DNA from: Candidatus Latescibacterota bacterium
GTDB lineage: Bacteria; Latescibacterota; UBA2968; UBA8231
Assembly (NCBI GenBank): GCA_965248265.1
Contig: CBDFJF010000001.1
Span: 1,952,001-2,016,000 of the forward strand
Direction: 5' to 3'
DNA: 64,000 nt
In this document: in pieces, positions 1-10,102 of the stretch
Numbering within the stretch: position 1 is the first letter of the stretch
Layout of the letters: each line of letters begins with the position of its first letter
The notes under the pieces: generated by a model
The model's input: only the letters and a program-made list of their open reading frames with translations
The model's database searches: none
What the model was told of the DNA's origin: nothing
Translations under genes and position numbers: made by a program

Positions 1-938
1 AGTTTCGGGAGCTTACGAACAGCCACTGCTTTGGTCCGACAGAGCGTGACGACCTCACTGAGCCGGCCCTCGTCCAGTTCATCCACGGCAATCAACACTT
101 CTTGGATGGCGTGTTCCGAGAGTATGTCAGCCAGCTTCTCTCGGCCGCCGAATACTCTGAGGCCATGAATTCTGCTGTAGCGCTTTGCGGGGTCGTCGTC
201 GAGGAATCCCACTACCTGATAGACTTCCGGGCTCCTCATGAGCGCGCGGGCGACGCTCTCCCCAAAATCACCTGCACCGTAGATCGCTACCCTGCGTCCT
301 CCTGCCTGACGCTGGCCGCGAAGGTCATGAGACAGACGTGGGGCGAGCCTCACGAAAGAGATCGCCAGGAAGGCCAGAATCCCCTCCAGCAATACCACTG
401 ATCTCGGAATGCCGAGGTCGTACGACTCCGACTCGAAATCGAGGGCAGCTCCAATCGGGGTTTCGCCCAGGGTTCGAGGGGTCTGCTCCGACCGGGTAAA
501 CAGCAGTACGCTGACAAGGACAGCTGCGCCCGCAACTGATGTTATGACCGACAGTGCAAGTCGCTTCACTCTCGAGAGCCTCAGTTTGTCGAGGGAGATC
601 CGGTGCAGGACCGCAGCAAGAAAGAACCCGGAAGCCGCAAGGAGGGCCCAGTCATGATTCTTCAGATAGTCGACGCTGATCAGGGCGACAGAGCCAAAGG
701 CAACACCGCGAATGACAGAGAAAAGATCGTTAATCCCGCAATACCGCCAGAAGGATTGGTACCCACCAAAAAAGTAGAGAGAGGCAATCCTCAACAGGAC
801 GATGACCGGTAACAACTTTATCAGCTGAGTCTGGTAATAGGGCCACACATCGAAGTCGAAGCGGATCAAGTAGGCCAGCCACGCTGCCCCCGCTACGGTA
901 GCGCCGTCGACGATGACGATTGCTGCCCGTCTCAACAC
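1..938 (-). CDS. CapD/PglF/WbpM-like membrane-bound nucleoside-diphosphate-sugar dehydratase, N-terminal part (runs off the left edge)
   Basis: Not in the ORF track (no stop in window). My translation from GTG 938 reads VLRRAAIVIVDGATVAGAAWLAYLIRFDF...GGYQSFWRYCGINDL...IPRSVVLLEG...RRVAIYGAGDFGESVAR...VVGFLDDDPAKRYSRIHGLRVFG, the typical CapD TM region plus first Rossmann domain. Confidence 0.85.
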   Translation of the reverse strand, partial: MLRRAAIVIVDGATVAGAAWLAYLIRFDFDVWPYYQTQLIKLLPVIVLLRIASLYFFGGYQSFWRYCGINDLFSVIRGVAFGSVALISVDYLKNHDWALLAASGFFLAAVLHRISLDKLRLSRVKRLALSVITSVAGAAVLVSVLLFTRSEQTPRTLGETPIGAALDFESESYDLGIPRSVVLLEGILAFLAISFVRLAPRLSHDLRGQRQAGGRRVAIYGAGDFGESVARALMRSPEVYQVVGFLDDDPAKRYSRIHGLRVFGGREKLADILSEHAIQEVLIAVDELDEGRLSEVVTLCRTKAVAVRKLPK

Positions 939-1876
939 GGGTCGCTCACCCTTCCATCGGATCGCTCATCGTTGGGGGTCCCTTTGGAGGCCGATATTCT
1001 GCGAATCAACGGCGCGATACCTTCCTCGAAAGAACGTGGTGAGAACCCGAAGTCCGCCGTCGCCTCCCGGTAGTCAAACTGCTTGTCTTCATTGAGGCGA
1101 CGTACCTGTTCCACCGACAGTCGCGGATTTCGCGACAACAGGCCATAGACTTTCAATCCGGCAACACATGCTCCCAAAGGAAGATGCAGCCGAATAATCT
1201 TCTTATTCAAATGATTACCGATCGTATCAATCATCGAGTTATAAGAGATTGGCTCTTTGCCAGGGACTGCGTAGCTCTTTCCGCGAGTTCGATCCGACTG
1301 GAGAACGTCGGCCACAGCTCCTGCCAGATCCGCCACGTGAACGGGTTGCTGAAGCGATTGGCCATCGCCCGGGATGGGGATCAAGGGACATCGGTGGAGA
1401 AATGAGACCAATCTCGAAATATTGCGATCTCGAGTTGTCCCATAGATCATGGTCGGTCTGAGAATCGTGGAGGCGAGGCCGCTGGCGGCAATAGCCTCCT
1501 CCGCAGCGACCCGCACTGATTTGCTGCTCGCATCGATAGAGGTGAAGATGGCTGTGGTTGACAGAAATACGGCTCGGCTGACACGCGCTTGCACACAGGC
1601 TCTCACGATGCCCGGTCCATGCCCGAAACCCAAGGAAGCGACATTTACCAGAAGCTGGCAACCGCGGAGAGCCGCCGTAACTGTGCTCTCGTCGTCAAGA
1701 TTCCCGTAGCGCAAGCTCACGCGGTCTTCTGGTAAGATGCTGCTATCGCTCGTCGGGCGTACAAGACATGCAACATCGTACGTGCCCCGCTTCAAGAGTT
1801 CTTTGACAACGAACGACCCGAGGAATCCCGTGGCTCCTGTAACAAGGACTGTACCCCCTGTGCTAGGTAACATCAA
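932..1876 (-). CDS. NAD-dependent epimerase/dehydratase (atypical SDR)
   Basis: VLVTGATGFLG, ILRPTMIYG, QPVHVADLA motifs. Confidence 0.9.
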   Translation of the reverse strand: MMLPSTGGTVLVTGATGFLGSFVVKELLKRGTYDVACLVRPTSDSSILPEDRVSLRYGNLDDESTVTAALRGCQLLVNVASLGFGHGPGIVRACVQARVSRAVFLSTTAIFTSIDASSKSVRVAAEEAIAASGLASTILRPTMIYGTTRDRNISRLVSFLHRCPLIPIPGDGQSLQQPVHVADLAGAVADVLQSDRTRGKSYAVPGKEPISYNSMIDTIGNHLNKKIIRLHLPLGACVAGLKVYGLLSRNPRLSVEQVRRLNEDKQFDYREATADFGFSPRSFEEGIAPLIRRISASKGTPNDERSDGRVSDPC

Positions 1877-1909
1877 ACGGCTCGATGCTCGATCCGCCTA
1901 GCCGGGTCA

Positions 1910-2059
1910 TCAGTCGGTTTGATCGTCGAAGACGTAGTGGCAATAGATACATCTGAGAAAAGAGCCTTTGGCCTTCGGACAAAACGCTTCCAGAGCCGAC
2001 AGCACAACTTTTCGGGTCGAGATTCTGGCAGCATCTCTAACACGCCGTGAGACCGGCAC
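1910..2059 (-). pseudogene. possible N-terminal relic of a polysaccharide deacetylase-like gene
   Basis: 49-aa frame MPVSRRVRDAARISTRKVVLSALEAFCPKAKGSFLRCIYCHYVFDDQTD* behind a G-rich RBS-like run; resemblance recalled from memory only. Confidence 0.25.
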
Positions 2060-2132
2060 GGCCCCCGCCAATGGGTGACATAAGGTTCGTCAGACACTCA
2101 ATGCTCGGTGCAATTTGTCGTAGACGAAAGGC

Positions 2133-4199
2133 CTATCTTGCCTCGGCGGGATCTGCAAAGACCTCTGTAAATTCAGCAAGTCGATCATTGTGGTCATCGA
2201 ACAGGAAGAGTTCCAACCACTGGCGCACGGCCTCCGGTTGACTTTCTACCTCGTGCAGCATGTCTCCGAGATCGAACATGTTCAGCCGAATGCGATTGTC
2301 TATATGGGCTTTCACAAGCGGCGCTGCCGCAGTAACCACTGCTCCAGACAGTGTGGCTGATGTTTGTAGGAAAACGGCCAGATCAATCCGAGTGGCAAAG
2401 TCCTTGTCAGCAGCCTGCAGCACGAAAACCACTCGACCGTCGCTCAGCGCCGGTGCAACCCAATGATCGAACTCTCCCTCGGCCATATAGATCCAGACTT
2501 GATCCCCGTCGTGATACACCAACTCGATGTGCCCAACTATTCCTGACGGATCTACCACTCGAAATCCGTTGCCCTCCTTCTCGACGCGATACTCGGGAGC
2601 AAACCCGAACATACTCCAGAGCTCGGCAATGACCATCGGGTGTTTCAGCGCTCGCTTCCAGGTGTCCATACGACATTCGACAAGCGCCTCCATGTCATGT
2701 CGCAGGTGGGAATCTTCGATGACCGACACGGCTTCGTCCGGGATACTTTCGATTCCAGCGGCACTGAGGATCTCATCGACTGTCTTGGCGACCTGCCTGT
2801 AGCCCTCGTCCGAGTTTCCCGCCGCATCAATCGCCGATCCGGTACCGATCGATATCACACCTGAAGTCCCCGAAGCCTCGAAAGTACTCTCTATGGCAGC
2901 TACTACTGATGGGAGGAGGTCATCTGCGGTTAGCCGGTGACCTGTCTCATTCATATGAGCGTCCAGCACGAAATAGGGACTAACCCCTGCCATCACCGAG
3001 CGTTCGAAAGTGGGTAACACGTCCACCACCTGAATATCCCTCATCTCGCAGAACTCCGTGACGAGCTTGTTGGCTTTTGAGAGGTCAAGTTCCTGTGGAT
3101 CTATATTGTGTCGCCAAACGACCTTGTTCACAGCAGCTTGTTCAACCTGTAACCGCTGTGGCAGTAGCACTACGATAAGACGAGTTCCACGTGCACTCAG
3201 AAATCGATGAATCTGATCGAGAATTTCGGCGGCATGTTGAAAATCTGCCAGGAATTCAGTCGATGGCGTCTTTAAGTACTTCTGCATGAACATTGGCGGC
3301 TCTTCATGCTGGTTGCTCGAGAGATACTCGTGGCGATCGCGCTCGACGCTGGCCGCCCTTTGCTCAACCAACGACTGTTCGCCTGAGATACCAAATCTGT
3401 GCAGCAGCGATCTCAGGCTGAGAGGCCTTTTTGCCCGATCCACAACAAGATTGTAAAGGTGGCTACGTCTTCCCAGAAAAACCTTGGCGTGCATAAAAAG
3501 AGAGAGGTCATCGCTGTTGGAAACCGACGCGCTAGTATCGCCCTTGCTCACCAGGAAGCCGCGCCACACAGTTCTCTTTCCAAGTCGGCGCGCAAAGTCA
3601 TTTCCAAAAAAAAATCCGACGACTACCAGATCAGGTTGGTATGTGCTGTGGTGTTCCGTAAGGAGATCGTGGTAGTGATCAATATCGTATCCGCCGACCC
3701 CTGCGTTCACCACCTCGATCTCTCCCCCGGCGCCGCCGTAACGGGAGTTCAACAGATCCTCCAAAACCTCTGGATAGGCGGCTTCAGCCGGACAACCATG
3801 ACCGAAAGTGAAAGAGTCACCGATTACTAGTATCTTCGCTCTGCTCGAGTCCCTGGCGCTGTATTCCCGATCTCTGAAGCCGGCGCTATTCGTCCGAATT
3901 TCCACGTTGAATTCGGGCGACCTGTGGAACCCGCTGAAATTGGGCGTCAGTTCGTAGTCGCGGTCTGGATGGACTTGGAAAAGGCCCTGCGGAAAACCGT
4001 ACGGAGGATGCGGGAGCCAAAGCCTCACCACACCCTCGGCTGCTATGATGCCAACAGCGAGTCCAACGAACATGAGGAGGATCTTCGTTCCGTCCTGTTT
4101 TCGACCATCGTTGTCTTTTGCCGGGACTGTTCCCATGCTACCGATGGTCAACCTGCGCCGGAAAGACCGAGCACACTCGCGAATACGTCTACAAGACAT
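2133..4199 (-). CDS. membrane-anchored SGNH/GDSL hydrolase (AlgX/AlgJ-like) with an extra C-terminal domain
   Basis: N-terminal TM, TNSAGFRD, GDSFTFG, NAGVGGY, GND and DAH motifs, then about 240 extra residues; start may be ATG 4136. Confidence 0.85.
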   Translation of the reverse strand: MSCRRIRECARSFRRRLTIGSMGTVPAKDNDGRKQDGTKILLMFVGLAVGIIAAEGVVRLWLPHPPYGFPQGLFQVHPDRDYELTPNFSGFHRSPEFNVEIRTNSAGFRDREYSARDSSRAKILVIGDSFTFGHGCPAEAAYPEVLEDLLNSRYGGAGGEIEVVNAGVGGYDIDHYHDLLTEHHSTYQPDLVVVGFFFGNDFARRLGKRTVWRGFLVSKGDTSASVSNSDDLSLFMHAKVFLGRRSHLYNLVVDRAKRPLSLRSLLHRFGISGEQSLVEQRAASVERDRHEYLSSNQHEEPPMFMQKYLKTPSTEFLADFQHAAEILDQIHRFLSARGTRLIVVLLPQRLQVEQAAVNKVVWRHNIDPQELDLSKANKLVTEFCEMRDIQVVDVLPTFERSVMAGVSPYFVLDAHMNETGHRLTADDLLPSVVAAIESTFEASGTSGVISIGTGSAIDAAGNSDEGYRQVAKTVDEILSAAGIESIPDEAVSVIEDSHLRHDMEALVECRMDTWKRALKHPMVIAELWSMFGFAPEYRVEKEGNGFRVVDPSGIVGHIELVYHDGDQVWIYMAEGEFDHWVAPALSDGRVVFVLQAADKDFATRIDLAVFLQTSATLSGAVVTAAAPLVKAHIDNRIRLNMFDLGDMLHEVESQPEAVRQWLELFLFDDHNDRLAEFTEVFADPAEAR

Positions 4200-4220
4200 C
4201 TTTTGGAGGTCTTGCCATCG

Positions 4221-4403
4221 TTAGCCGCTCAGGTCACGTGGCTGTATGATGTCTCCCTCTACGATTTCGGCTCCGCATGCCTCTAGGTCCGATGCGCGTC
4301 TGCGATCTCGAGTGATGACTACCACCGCGTCCCCACGATCCAGGAGGCGCTGCACCTCGCGTCTACCTAGAAAACCCGAACCTCCAGTTACAACTGCACG
4401 CAC
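4221..4403 (-). pseudogene. truncated NAD-dependent epimerase (N-terminal Rossmann fragment only)
   Basis: MRAVVTGGSGFLG...GAEIVEGDI, then a stop after 60 aa with no continuation. Confidence 0.75.
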
Positions 4404-5515
4404 CGTTCCACCACGCTCTGCAGGACCCGATCGAACTCAGATGCCATGAAACCGATGGAGAACCTCTTCCGCACACGACTCATTCCTGCCGCTCGAAGTT
4501 GTCTCCAGGTCTGAGGTGAACTGCACACCTCCTCGATCCGCCGCGCCAGCACCCGTGGCTCACCTGGAGGAACCAGAACCCCGGACACACCATCCTCAAC
4601 GACCTCCGGCAGTCCGCCCACAGCGCTCGCAACGATGGGCACCCCAGCAGCCATGCCTTCGACTGTGACGATCCCGAAAGATTCGCTCAGAGAGGGTACG
4701 ACTAAGATGTCGGAGTGCGAAAGTGCCTCTCTGACTTCCCGGTGGTGGAGGAATCCGCGAAACACGACTCGATCCTCTAATCCCAACGCTCGCACCAGGG
4801 ATTTCGCCTCTGGCAACAGTACCCCATCTCCGATGAAATCAATGCTGTACCCTGCAGGAAGAGATGTCATTGCCTCTATTGCCACATGCTGCCCCTTCAC
4901 CTCGGAATAGAAGTTCGCAATACAGCCGATCTTGACCTCATCCTTGGGCGGAAGGTCGCCTCTGCATGGGCCATCGATCTCGGCGCCATTGGGGATGATC
5001 GCAAGCTTTTCTAGAGGCGCCAGTCGGCGCGAAACAAGCTTTCCCCCTAGATCCCGTGAAGGAGCGATGACCTTTGCGGCCCTGCGAAAGGTCTGCCGCT
5101 GTACGAGTATGCGCCAAAACTTGAAAGTTGCTACCGGGCCATAGACACAGGGAATCCAGGGTATGTGCCGGCGCCCAGCAGCATGCCAGCCTAGCAGATT
5201 ACTTGCAAAATCGAACGAGGCGATCACATCCGGACGGTAATCATCTACCACCTGACGGAACAACCGCAGCGCCTGCAAGTCGAGCCGCCCGCGGCTCTTC
5301 AAGAAAATCAGCTCGTCCGCGCACGCGATTGACGAGGCGGCGAGCTCTTCTTCCGCCTGATCGTATATTACAACCACCGCGAAGCGCGTGCCTTCAGGCC
5401 GATGACGCAGGACACTGTCGAGGACGCGGGGGGGGCCCCCTAGATAGGTGCTCACAATGGCGAGCACCCGCGTATCTACGTTACCGGCGGCCATGGTTTC
5501 AGCGGCCTGAACCAC
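4388..5515 (-). CDS. glycosyltransferase family 4
   Basis: IIPNG, KGQ, PSLSESFGIVTVEGMAAGVPIVASAVGGLPE. Confidence 0.92.
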   Translation of the reverse strand: MVQAAETMAAGNVDTRVLAIVSTYLGGPPRVLDSVLRHRPEGTRFAVVVIYDQAEEELAASSIACADELIFLKSRGRLDLQALRLFRQVVDDYRPDVIASFDFASNLLGWHAAGRRHIPWIPCVYGPVATFKFWRILVQRQTFRRAAKVIAPSRDLGGKLVSRRLAPLEKLAIIPNGAEIDGPCRGDLPPKDEVKIGCIANFYSEVKGQHVAIEAMTSLPAGYSIDFIGDGVLLPEAKSLVRALGLEDRVVFRGFLHHREVREALSHSDILVVPSLSESFGIVTVEGMAAGVPIVASAVGGLPEVVEDGVSGVLVPPGEPRVLARRIEEVCSSPQTWRQLRAAGMSRVRKRFSIGFMASEFDRVLQSVVERCVQL

Positions 5516-6743
5516 CTTCGTCGCCCGTCATCGATTTCAGGAGATTGAGGTAGCCGTGCGCGAGCTTGCTGCGGTCGTACTCTCTCTCTACGAAACGACG
5601 ACCAACCTCCCCTAGGCGCCGTCGAAGGTCTGCATCTCCTCGCAGACGACGCACTGCGGCCGACATTTCAACAGCATCCTCCGGAGCTACAACGAGGGCA
5701 CATCCTGCACGCCTTAGGATTTCGGCTGCCTCCCCGCGTACCGCGCCTACGATCGGTCGTCCCGCAGCCATGATCTCGAACATTTTTGATGGAATGAACG
5801 TATCGAAGAGATCGACGTTTCTGAGAGGAACAAGGCAGAGGCTGCTGGCAGCGTATATCTGAGGGACATTTTCGCGGGATTGCCCTGACAGGAATGTAAC
5901 ATTCTCCAATTCGAGCTTCTCTGCGTATGCTTGCGTCGACTCCTTCTCCGTACCCTCTCCCACGAAGAGAAAGTGTACATCGTCGCCACGCATCAAAGCA
6001 GCACACTCGATGACAGTATCCAATCCATGTGAGATTCCGTGGGCGCCGAGGTAGAGTACTACGAACTTGCTCCACAGATCGTTCTCCTCAATGAACTGAA
6101 CTCTCATAGATTCGGAACATGTGAAGAAATCAACGTCCGCTCCGTTTGTTATGACATCGATCTTGCCTGCTGGCACCCCACGCTGTGCAAGGACCGTGCG
6201 GAACCCTTCGGTGACCGTCACAATTTTCTTCGCTCGTGAGTACAGAAATAATTCGAGTCGCTCGAGGGCCCTCAGGATGTGGCGATTGCGCACCACGCCC
6301 AATTGGGCGAAGATCGCCGGCCACAGATCACGGACTTCAAAGACGTAGGGAACCCCCTTGACCAGGCTGATGATGTAGGCGGAGATGACCGAGAACAGAG
6401 TCGGAGAGCTGACAACCACGATATCGGCGTGACCGACTCTCGGAAGCGTCATCAATAGCGAGCTAGCCGTGAAGGAAAGGTGGTTGAACGTCCTGCCGAA
6501 GATCCCCGAGTTCGGTCGCGCATACACATAACTCCGAAAAACTTCGATGTCCTCGATGATCTCTTTTCCGAAAAGCTTCCATCTATACTCTGCGGAGATG
6601 ACGCCAGTGGGGTGATTCGGAAACCCGGTTATCACCTTCACGCTGTGGCCGCTTTTCGTCCACTCTCGCGCCATCTCGAGGACACGAGCTGATGGAGCCC
6701 CGATTTCAGGATGAAAGAAGTGACAGACAAAGACAATCTTCAT
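5499..6743 (-). CDS. glycosyltransferase family 4, WbuB-like
   Basis: MKIVFVCHFFHPEIGAPSAR, ITGFPNHPTG, EVRDLWP, PSKMFEIMAAGRP; start ATG 6743 overlaps the upstream stop. Confidence 0.92.
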   Translation of the reverse strand: MKIVFVCHFFHPEIGAPSARVLEMAREWTKSGHSVKVITGFPNHPTGVISAEYRWKLFGKEIIEDIEVFRSYVYARPNSGIFGRTFNHLSFTASSLLMTLPRVGHADIVVVSSPTLFSVISAYIISLVKGVPYVFEVRDLWPAIFAQLGVVRNRHILRALERLELFLYSRAKKIVTVTEGFRTVLAQRGVPAGKIDVITNGADVDFFTCSESMRVQFIEENDLWSKFVVLYLGAHGISHGLDTVIECAALMRGDDVHFLFVGEGTEKESTQAYAEKLELENVTFLSGQSRENVPQIYAASSLCLVPLRNVDLFDTFIPSKMFEIMAAGRPIVGAVRGEAAEILRRAGCALVVAPEDAVEMSAAVRRLRGDADLRRRLGEVGRRFVEREYDRSKLAHGYLNLLKSMTGDEGGSGR

Positions 6744-8758
6744 GCCTTCTCTCTGCGCTCGCTCTGTGAGGTTGCCACGCTCCAATAGCTCTCTCCTCCA
6801 GTGAGGAGTTCGCAGGTTTCTGCCTCCCAATCTACTGCCACCCGCCACTGCCGATCCTCGATCCGCAAATCCATATACCGATCACGGTAGCGCAGGTCCA
6901 CGTCCGAACTCGCCTCTCTCGTTATGACATAACTCAACCTGAGCGGCGCCCGGCCTCTCGAAGTGAGGCTACAACAAGCCCGAGCGTGCCGAACGCCGAA
7001 CTGAGGCGAGTACCAACTGCGCCTTGAGCCGCTATCCCCGTGGCTGCATTCAACTTCATCGCATTCTGTCCCTGTCAGCGTGTAGTTGTTGCCGTTTCGT
7101 GAGATGCGTGCTGTTCGACCTGCGGATGTTACCTCAGCATCAGGATGGAAGTGCAGTAGGCTGGCTGCCTCATGGATGCCGTGACCGGTTATTTCATCGA
7201 TGACAACAAGCCAATATTCCCAAGCGAAAAACACGATCCGGTTGTGTACTGGCGAACCTTTAAGAGCGCGATAGCCATCGTGACTGGACCGGAAGCAGCT
7301 GATCCCGTCCCCTATGGGCACGCTCACCCGCCCGGGACGCGCTCTCCTTGCGACCCTGAAGCTACCCCAGACTTCAGAGTTGTCTTCGCCGTCGACCACC
7401 ACTGTATTGTGTGCCGCCGTGCTGCGAAAGAACGTGCGCCATTCTCCAGTCGTGTACTCAAATATGCCGCTGTCGGTCACCAATGGCAGGCCGTCGAGCC
7501 AAAGCTCGTAGCTCAGCGAGTCCGCGTGACCGTGGGCTGGCAGGTAATCTGGACAGACATCGCCTGCATCAATGACGGCGCAGTTGCCTTGGCGACCACC
7601 GAGGATGAAATACCCGGTTGCCCCCAATTTGCCGGACGGCGTGTCACAGACGTCAGTAACCGCTGTTCCTGGCTGCATTGAGGGACGGGAGAGCCAACGG
7701 ATAAGGTCGGCATCACCAAGTTCCTCTTGCTTGGCTAGTCTGTGTGAAACATCGATTACGAATCTCGGATCCGGTGTCTGATCGAAGGCGGTATCTCCTA
7801 GCAACGGCAACACGCCCTGAGGCAGCAAGAGCGCGCTGGCGTAACCTGCCATGGCGCTCAGGTGTGAACGGAGTACTGTTGTTTCGGTAGCCTTGTTGCT
7901 CTGTAAGACCATGACACACTCAGCCAGGAGTCGCATGACCTTGAGGTGGTACATGGGACTCCTCTCGAAATGACCACCGTCCGAGAGAATTTGTTCATTC
8001 AGTTCCGTTTGCAACGTTGTTTTGGCGTGTGCGAGCCACTCAGCAGCCTCGTGTCCCTCAAAAAAACACCCCCCCATGATCAGAGCTCTCAAGTTTTCGA
8101 GCAGGTGGTTTCCCCTCACATGAGACTCGAGATTCCGGCGCAGGAAACGGCACTGAGACCAGAGTGACCCCAACAGTTCGGTACGAAAGGAGGGACATTG
8201 CTCCAGGTGATCGTGCAGTAACTGGATGGCGACAGTACAGTTGCCCACGCGGAGGGAGGCGGTGTAGGGGTGCCATGCATCAGCTGTTCCCACCGGATTC
8301 TCCCTTATCCAGCTCGTGGCCAGTCGACGGAACGCCTGAAATTCCTCCGCCTCACCAGCGGATCTTGCCGCCAAACCGAGATCTAACGCGAACTCCCAAT
8401 AGTGAAGGTGATACCTCCAGAGCTGTGGCATATCCGGGCATCGCCAATCAATTCGCGCACCGAAACACCTCTTCTTGTTGAGAAATTCGAACTGGTTCTC
8501 CGTTGCTGCTGACGCCCGCTCGAGCACTTCAAGCGCCACACTGTCTTCGCCGGTTTCGGAGCGTGTGAGCCTGGCAAACGGCGCCAGGGATCGAATTGGA
8601 GTCTCAGCATTCGGAGCACCACGAGCATAGAGCCATCCAAACATCGTCGGCGCACGTCGATGAGCTCTTTGCAGAAATTCGAAGCGAATCCGCAGAATGA
8701 TCTGTCGTAAGGGGATGTAGCGCAGGGTTCGAACAAACAGCGGGAGTCGTGCGATCAT
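6740..8758 (-). CDS. heparinase II/III-like (alginate lyase family) protein
   Basis: LWRYHLHYW, GNHLLEN, DGGHFERSPMYH, HGHADSLSYEL, RSTAAHNTV, SEVWGSFRVARRA. Confidence 0.92.
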   Translation of the reverse strand: MIARLPLFVRTLRYIPLRQIILRIRFEFLQRAHRRAPTMFGWLYARGAPNAETPIRSLAPFARLTRSETGEDSVALEVLERASAATENQFEFLNKKRCFGARIDWRCPDMPQLWRYHLHYWEFALDLGLAARSAGEAEEFQAFRRLATSWIRENPVGTADAWHPYTASLRVGNCTVAIQLLHDHLEQCPSFRTELLGSLWSQCRFLRRNLESHVRGNHLLENLRALIMGGCFFEGHEAAEWLAHAKTTLQTELNEQILSDGGHFERSPMYHLKVMRLLAECVMVLQSNKATETTVLRSHLSAMAGYASALLLPQGVLPLLGDTAFDQTPDPRFVIDVSHRLAKQEELGDADLIRWLSRPSMQPGTAVTDVCDTPSGKLGATGYFILGGRQGNCAVIDAGDVCPDYLPAHGHADSLSYELWLDGLPLVTDSGIFEYTTGEWRTFFRSTAAHNTVVVDGEDNSEVWGSFRVARRARPGRVSVPIGDGISCFRSSHDGYRALKGSPVHNRIVFFAWEYWLVVIDEITGHGIHEAASLLHFHPDAEVTSAGRTARISRNGNNYTLTGTECDEVECSHGDSGSRRSWYSPQFGVRHARACCSLTSRGRAPLRLSYVITREASSDVDLRYRDRYMDLRIEDRQWRVAVDWEAETCELLTGGESYWSVATSQSERREKA

Positions 8759-8845
8759 GTGTGCGGAACACCAGCGGATGTTTTCAAGGAGTCGCTGATG
8801 TCAAAGGTGCTGCGCATGACCTCGACCAGAGAAGGGCCCGTCATG
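8755..8845 (-). pseudogene. C-terminal relic of an oxidoreductase (bi-domain Zn-ADH/Gfo type)
   Basis: Frame SLVEVMRSTFDISDSLKTSAGVPHT* ends in an ATGA overlap with the heparinase start; resembles the tail of the oxidoreductase that usually precedes these genes. Confidence 0.4.
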
Positions 8846-8864
8846 AGATCTTGCACAACCTGCC

Positions 8865-9635
8865 TCATGCCGACTTGGTTCCGCGAACGACGATAAACCA
8901 GCCCAGGTCGTGAGGGACGATTTTATACATCCATTTAGGGAGGAATCTCTCTCTGCTCATGCGCATGTCATAGGGGGTCAGTATCGTATTCACCTGCAGA
9001 TCAGGTAGATCGGGAAACATCCCCCGAGCCTCCGACCTCGTGTAGGCCTTGGTGCCGGGGCTCTCCATATGCTCTGACAGCACCGTGCGAAGGGATCTCC
9101 ACGGTTGCCCCCTCAGGAGGGCATAGATTATCCAGGTCTGCAGCGCCACGATGGATCTGCGATGGTACAACATCACGCACACCTCGCCACCTGGCCGACA
9201 GACCCTCACTATTTCTCGTGCAGCCGCTACGGTGTCGGTGGTGTGATGGATGACACCCCAGCTGTAGACCAAGTCGAAAGCTCCGTCATCGAAGGGGAGT
9301 CGCTCCGCGTCGGCTTGTAACAACCGTGAAGAGAGTCCGCGAAGACGCAGTCGCTCGGCAGTAAGCTGGAGAGAGCGTCGTGTTAGATCGGTCCCGACAG
9401 CCGCAGCGCCTGCCTGCAGAAACTCGGTGTGGTCCGTACCGACACCGGTGCCCACTTCGAGAACTCGGCGGCCGGCCCACGAGGGGAATCTCGCGTAGTC
9501 GTGTATAAAAGGTTCGAGCTGGTACCGCCTTCTGGCTATGTGCTCGAAATACTCCCGTTCCCCCTCCTGCTCGGGCACGTCCCGCGTCCCGCACGGTTCG
9601 CTCTCCCAAAAGGCGGCGACATCACTCTTCATCAT
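8865..9635 (-). CDS. class I SAM-dependent methyltransferase
   Basis: MMKSDVAAFWESEPCG, VLEVGTGVGTD, DAERLPFDDGAFDLVYSWGVIHH; true start ATG 9635 (the ORF-track extension is upstream relic sequence). Confidence 0.9.
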   Translation of the reverse strand: MMKSDVAAFWESEPCGTRDVPEQEGEREYFEHIARRRYQLEPFIHDYARFPSWAGRRVLEVGTGVGTDHTEFLQAGAAAVGTDLTRRSLQLTAERLRLRGLSSRLLQADAERLPFDDGAFDLVYSWGVIHHTTDTVAAAREIVRVCRPGGEVCVMLYHRRSIVALQTWIIYALLRGQPWRSLRTVLSEHMESPGTKAYTRSEARGMFPDLPDLQVNTILTPYDMRMSRERFLPKWMYKIVPHDLGWFIVVRGTKSA

Positions 9636-10096
9636 TCTTTTGGACACTGGACCTTTGATTTCCTCCCATAGTAGGCGATCACCCCCAAGACGGCGGCTCC
9701 CCCATAGAACACCAACAGCATGAGGGTCGAAAAGAGCACGGCAGTCTCGGCCTTCAGATCGTATACCTCGAAGGCGCGCACCAGGAACGCGTCGCGAGTG
9801 CCCAACCCCAGCAATCGAAACGGGCAAGAGCACCACCATATTGGCTGCCGCCGCGGTTGTCGTCAGTTGCGCCAGATCTATGTGTCCGCCCACCCCCAGG
9901 GAACACGCCAGGAAATAGATCTGCAGACCGAAAATGACGAACGCTCCGATGGTGAGCGCCACTGCGGATCCTGAAATTGAAGCACGCATGACGGCAGCCG
10001 AGCGATGGCTTGGGCCACTTCCGAAGAGCGTCGGCGTAGTCTGTATCCGAGATCTGCCTTTTTCTGCCTGTTGCGGTAGTAATGTACGTAGTCCAC
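9632..10096 (-). pseudogene. chimeric relic: N-terminus of an unknown gene joined to the frameshifted C-terminal part of a lysylphosphatidylglycerol-synthase-TM (flippase-like) gene
   Basis: MDYVHYYRNRQKKADLGYRLRRRSSEVAQAIAR, then hydrophobic VALTIGAFVIFGLQIYFLACSLG...LLPVSIAG / LGTRDAFLV split by an extra G near 9807-9810. Confidence 0.65.
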
Positions 10097-10102
10097 CGAC
10101 CC

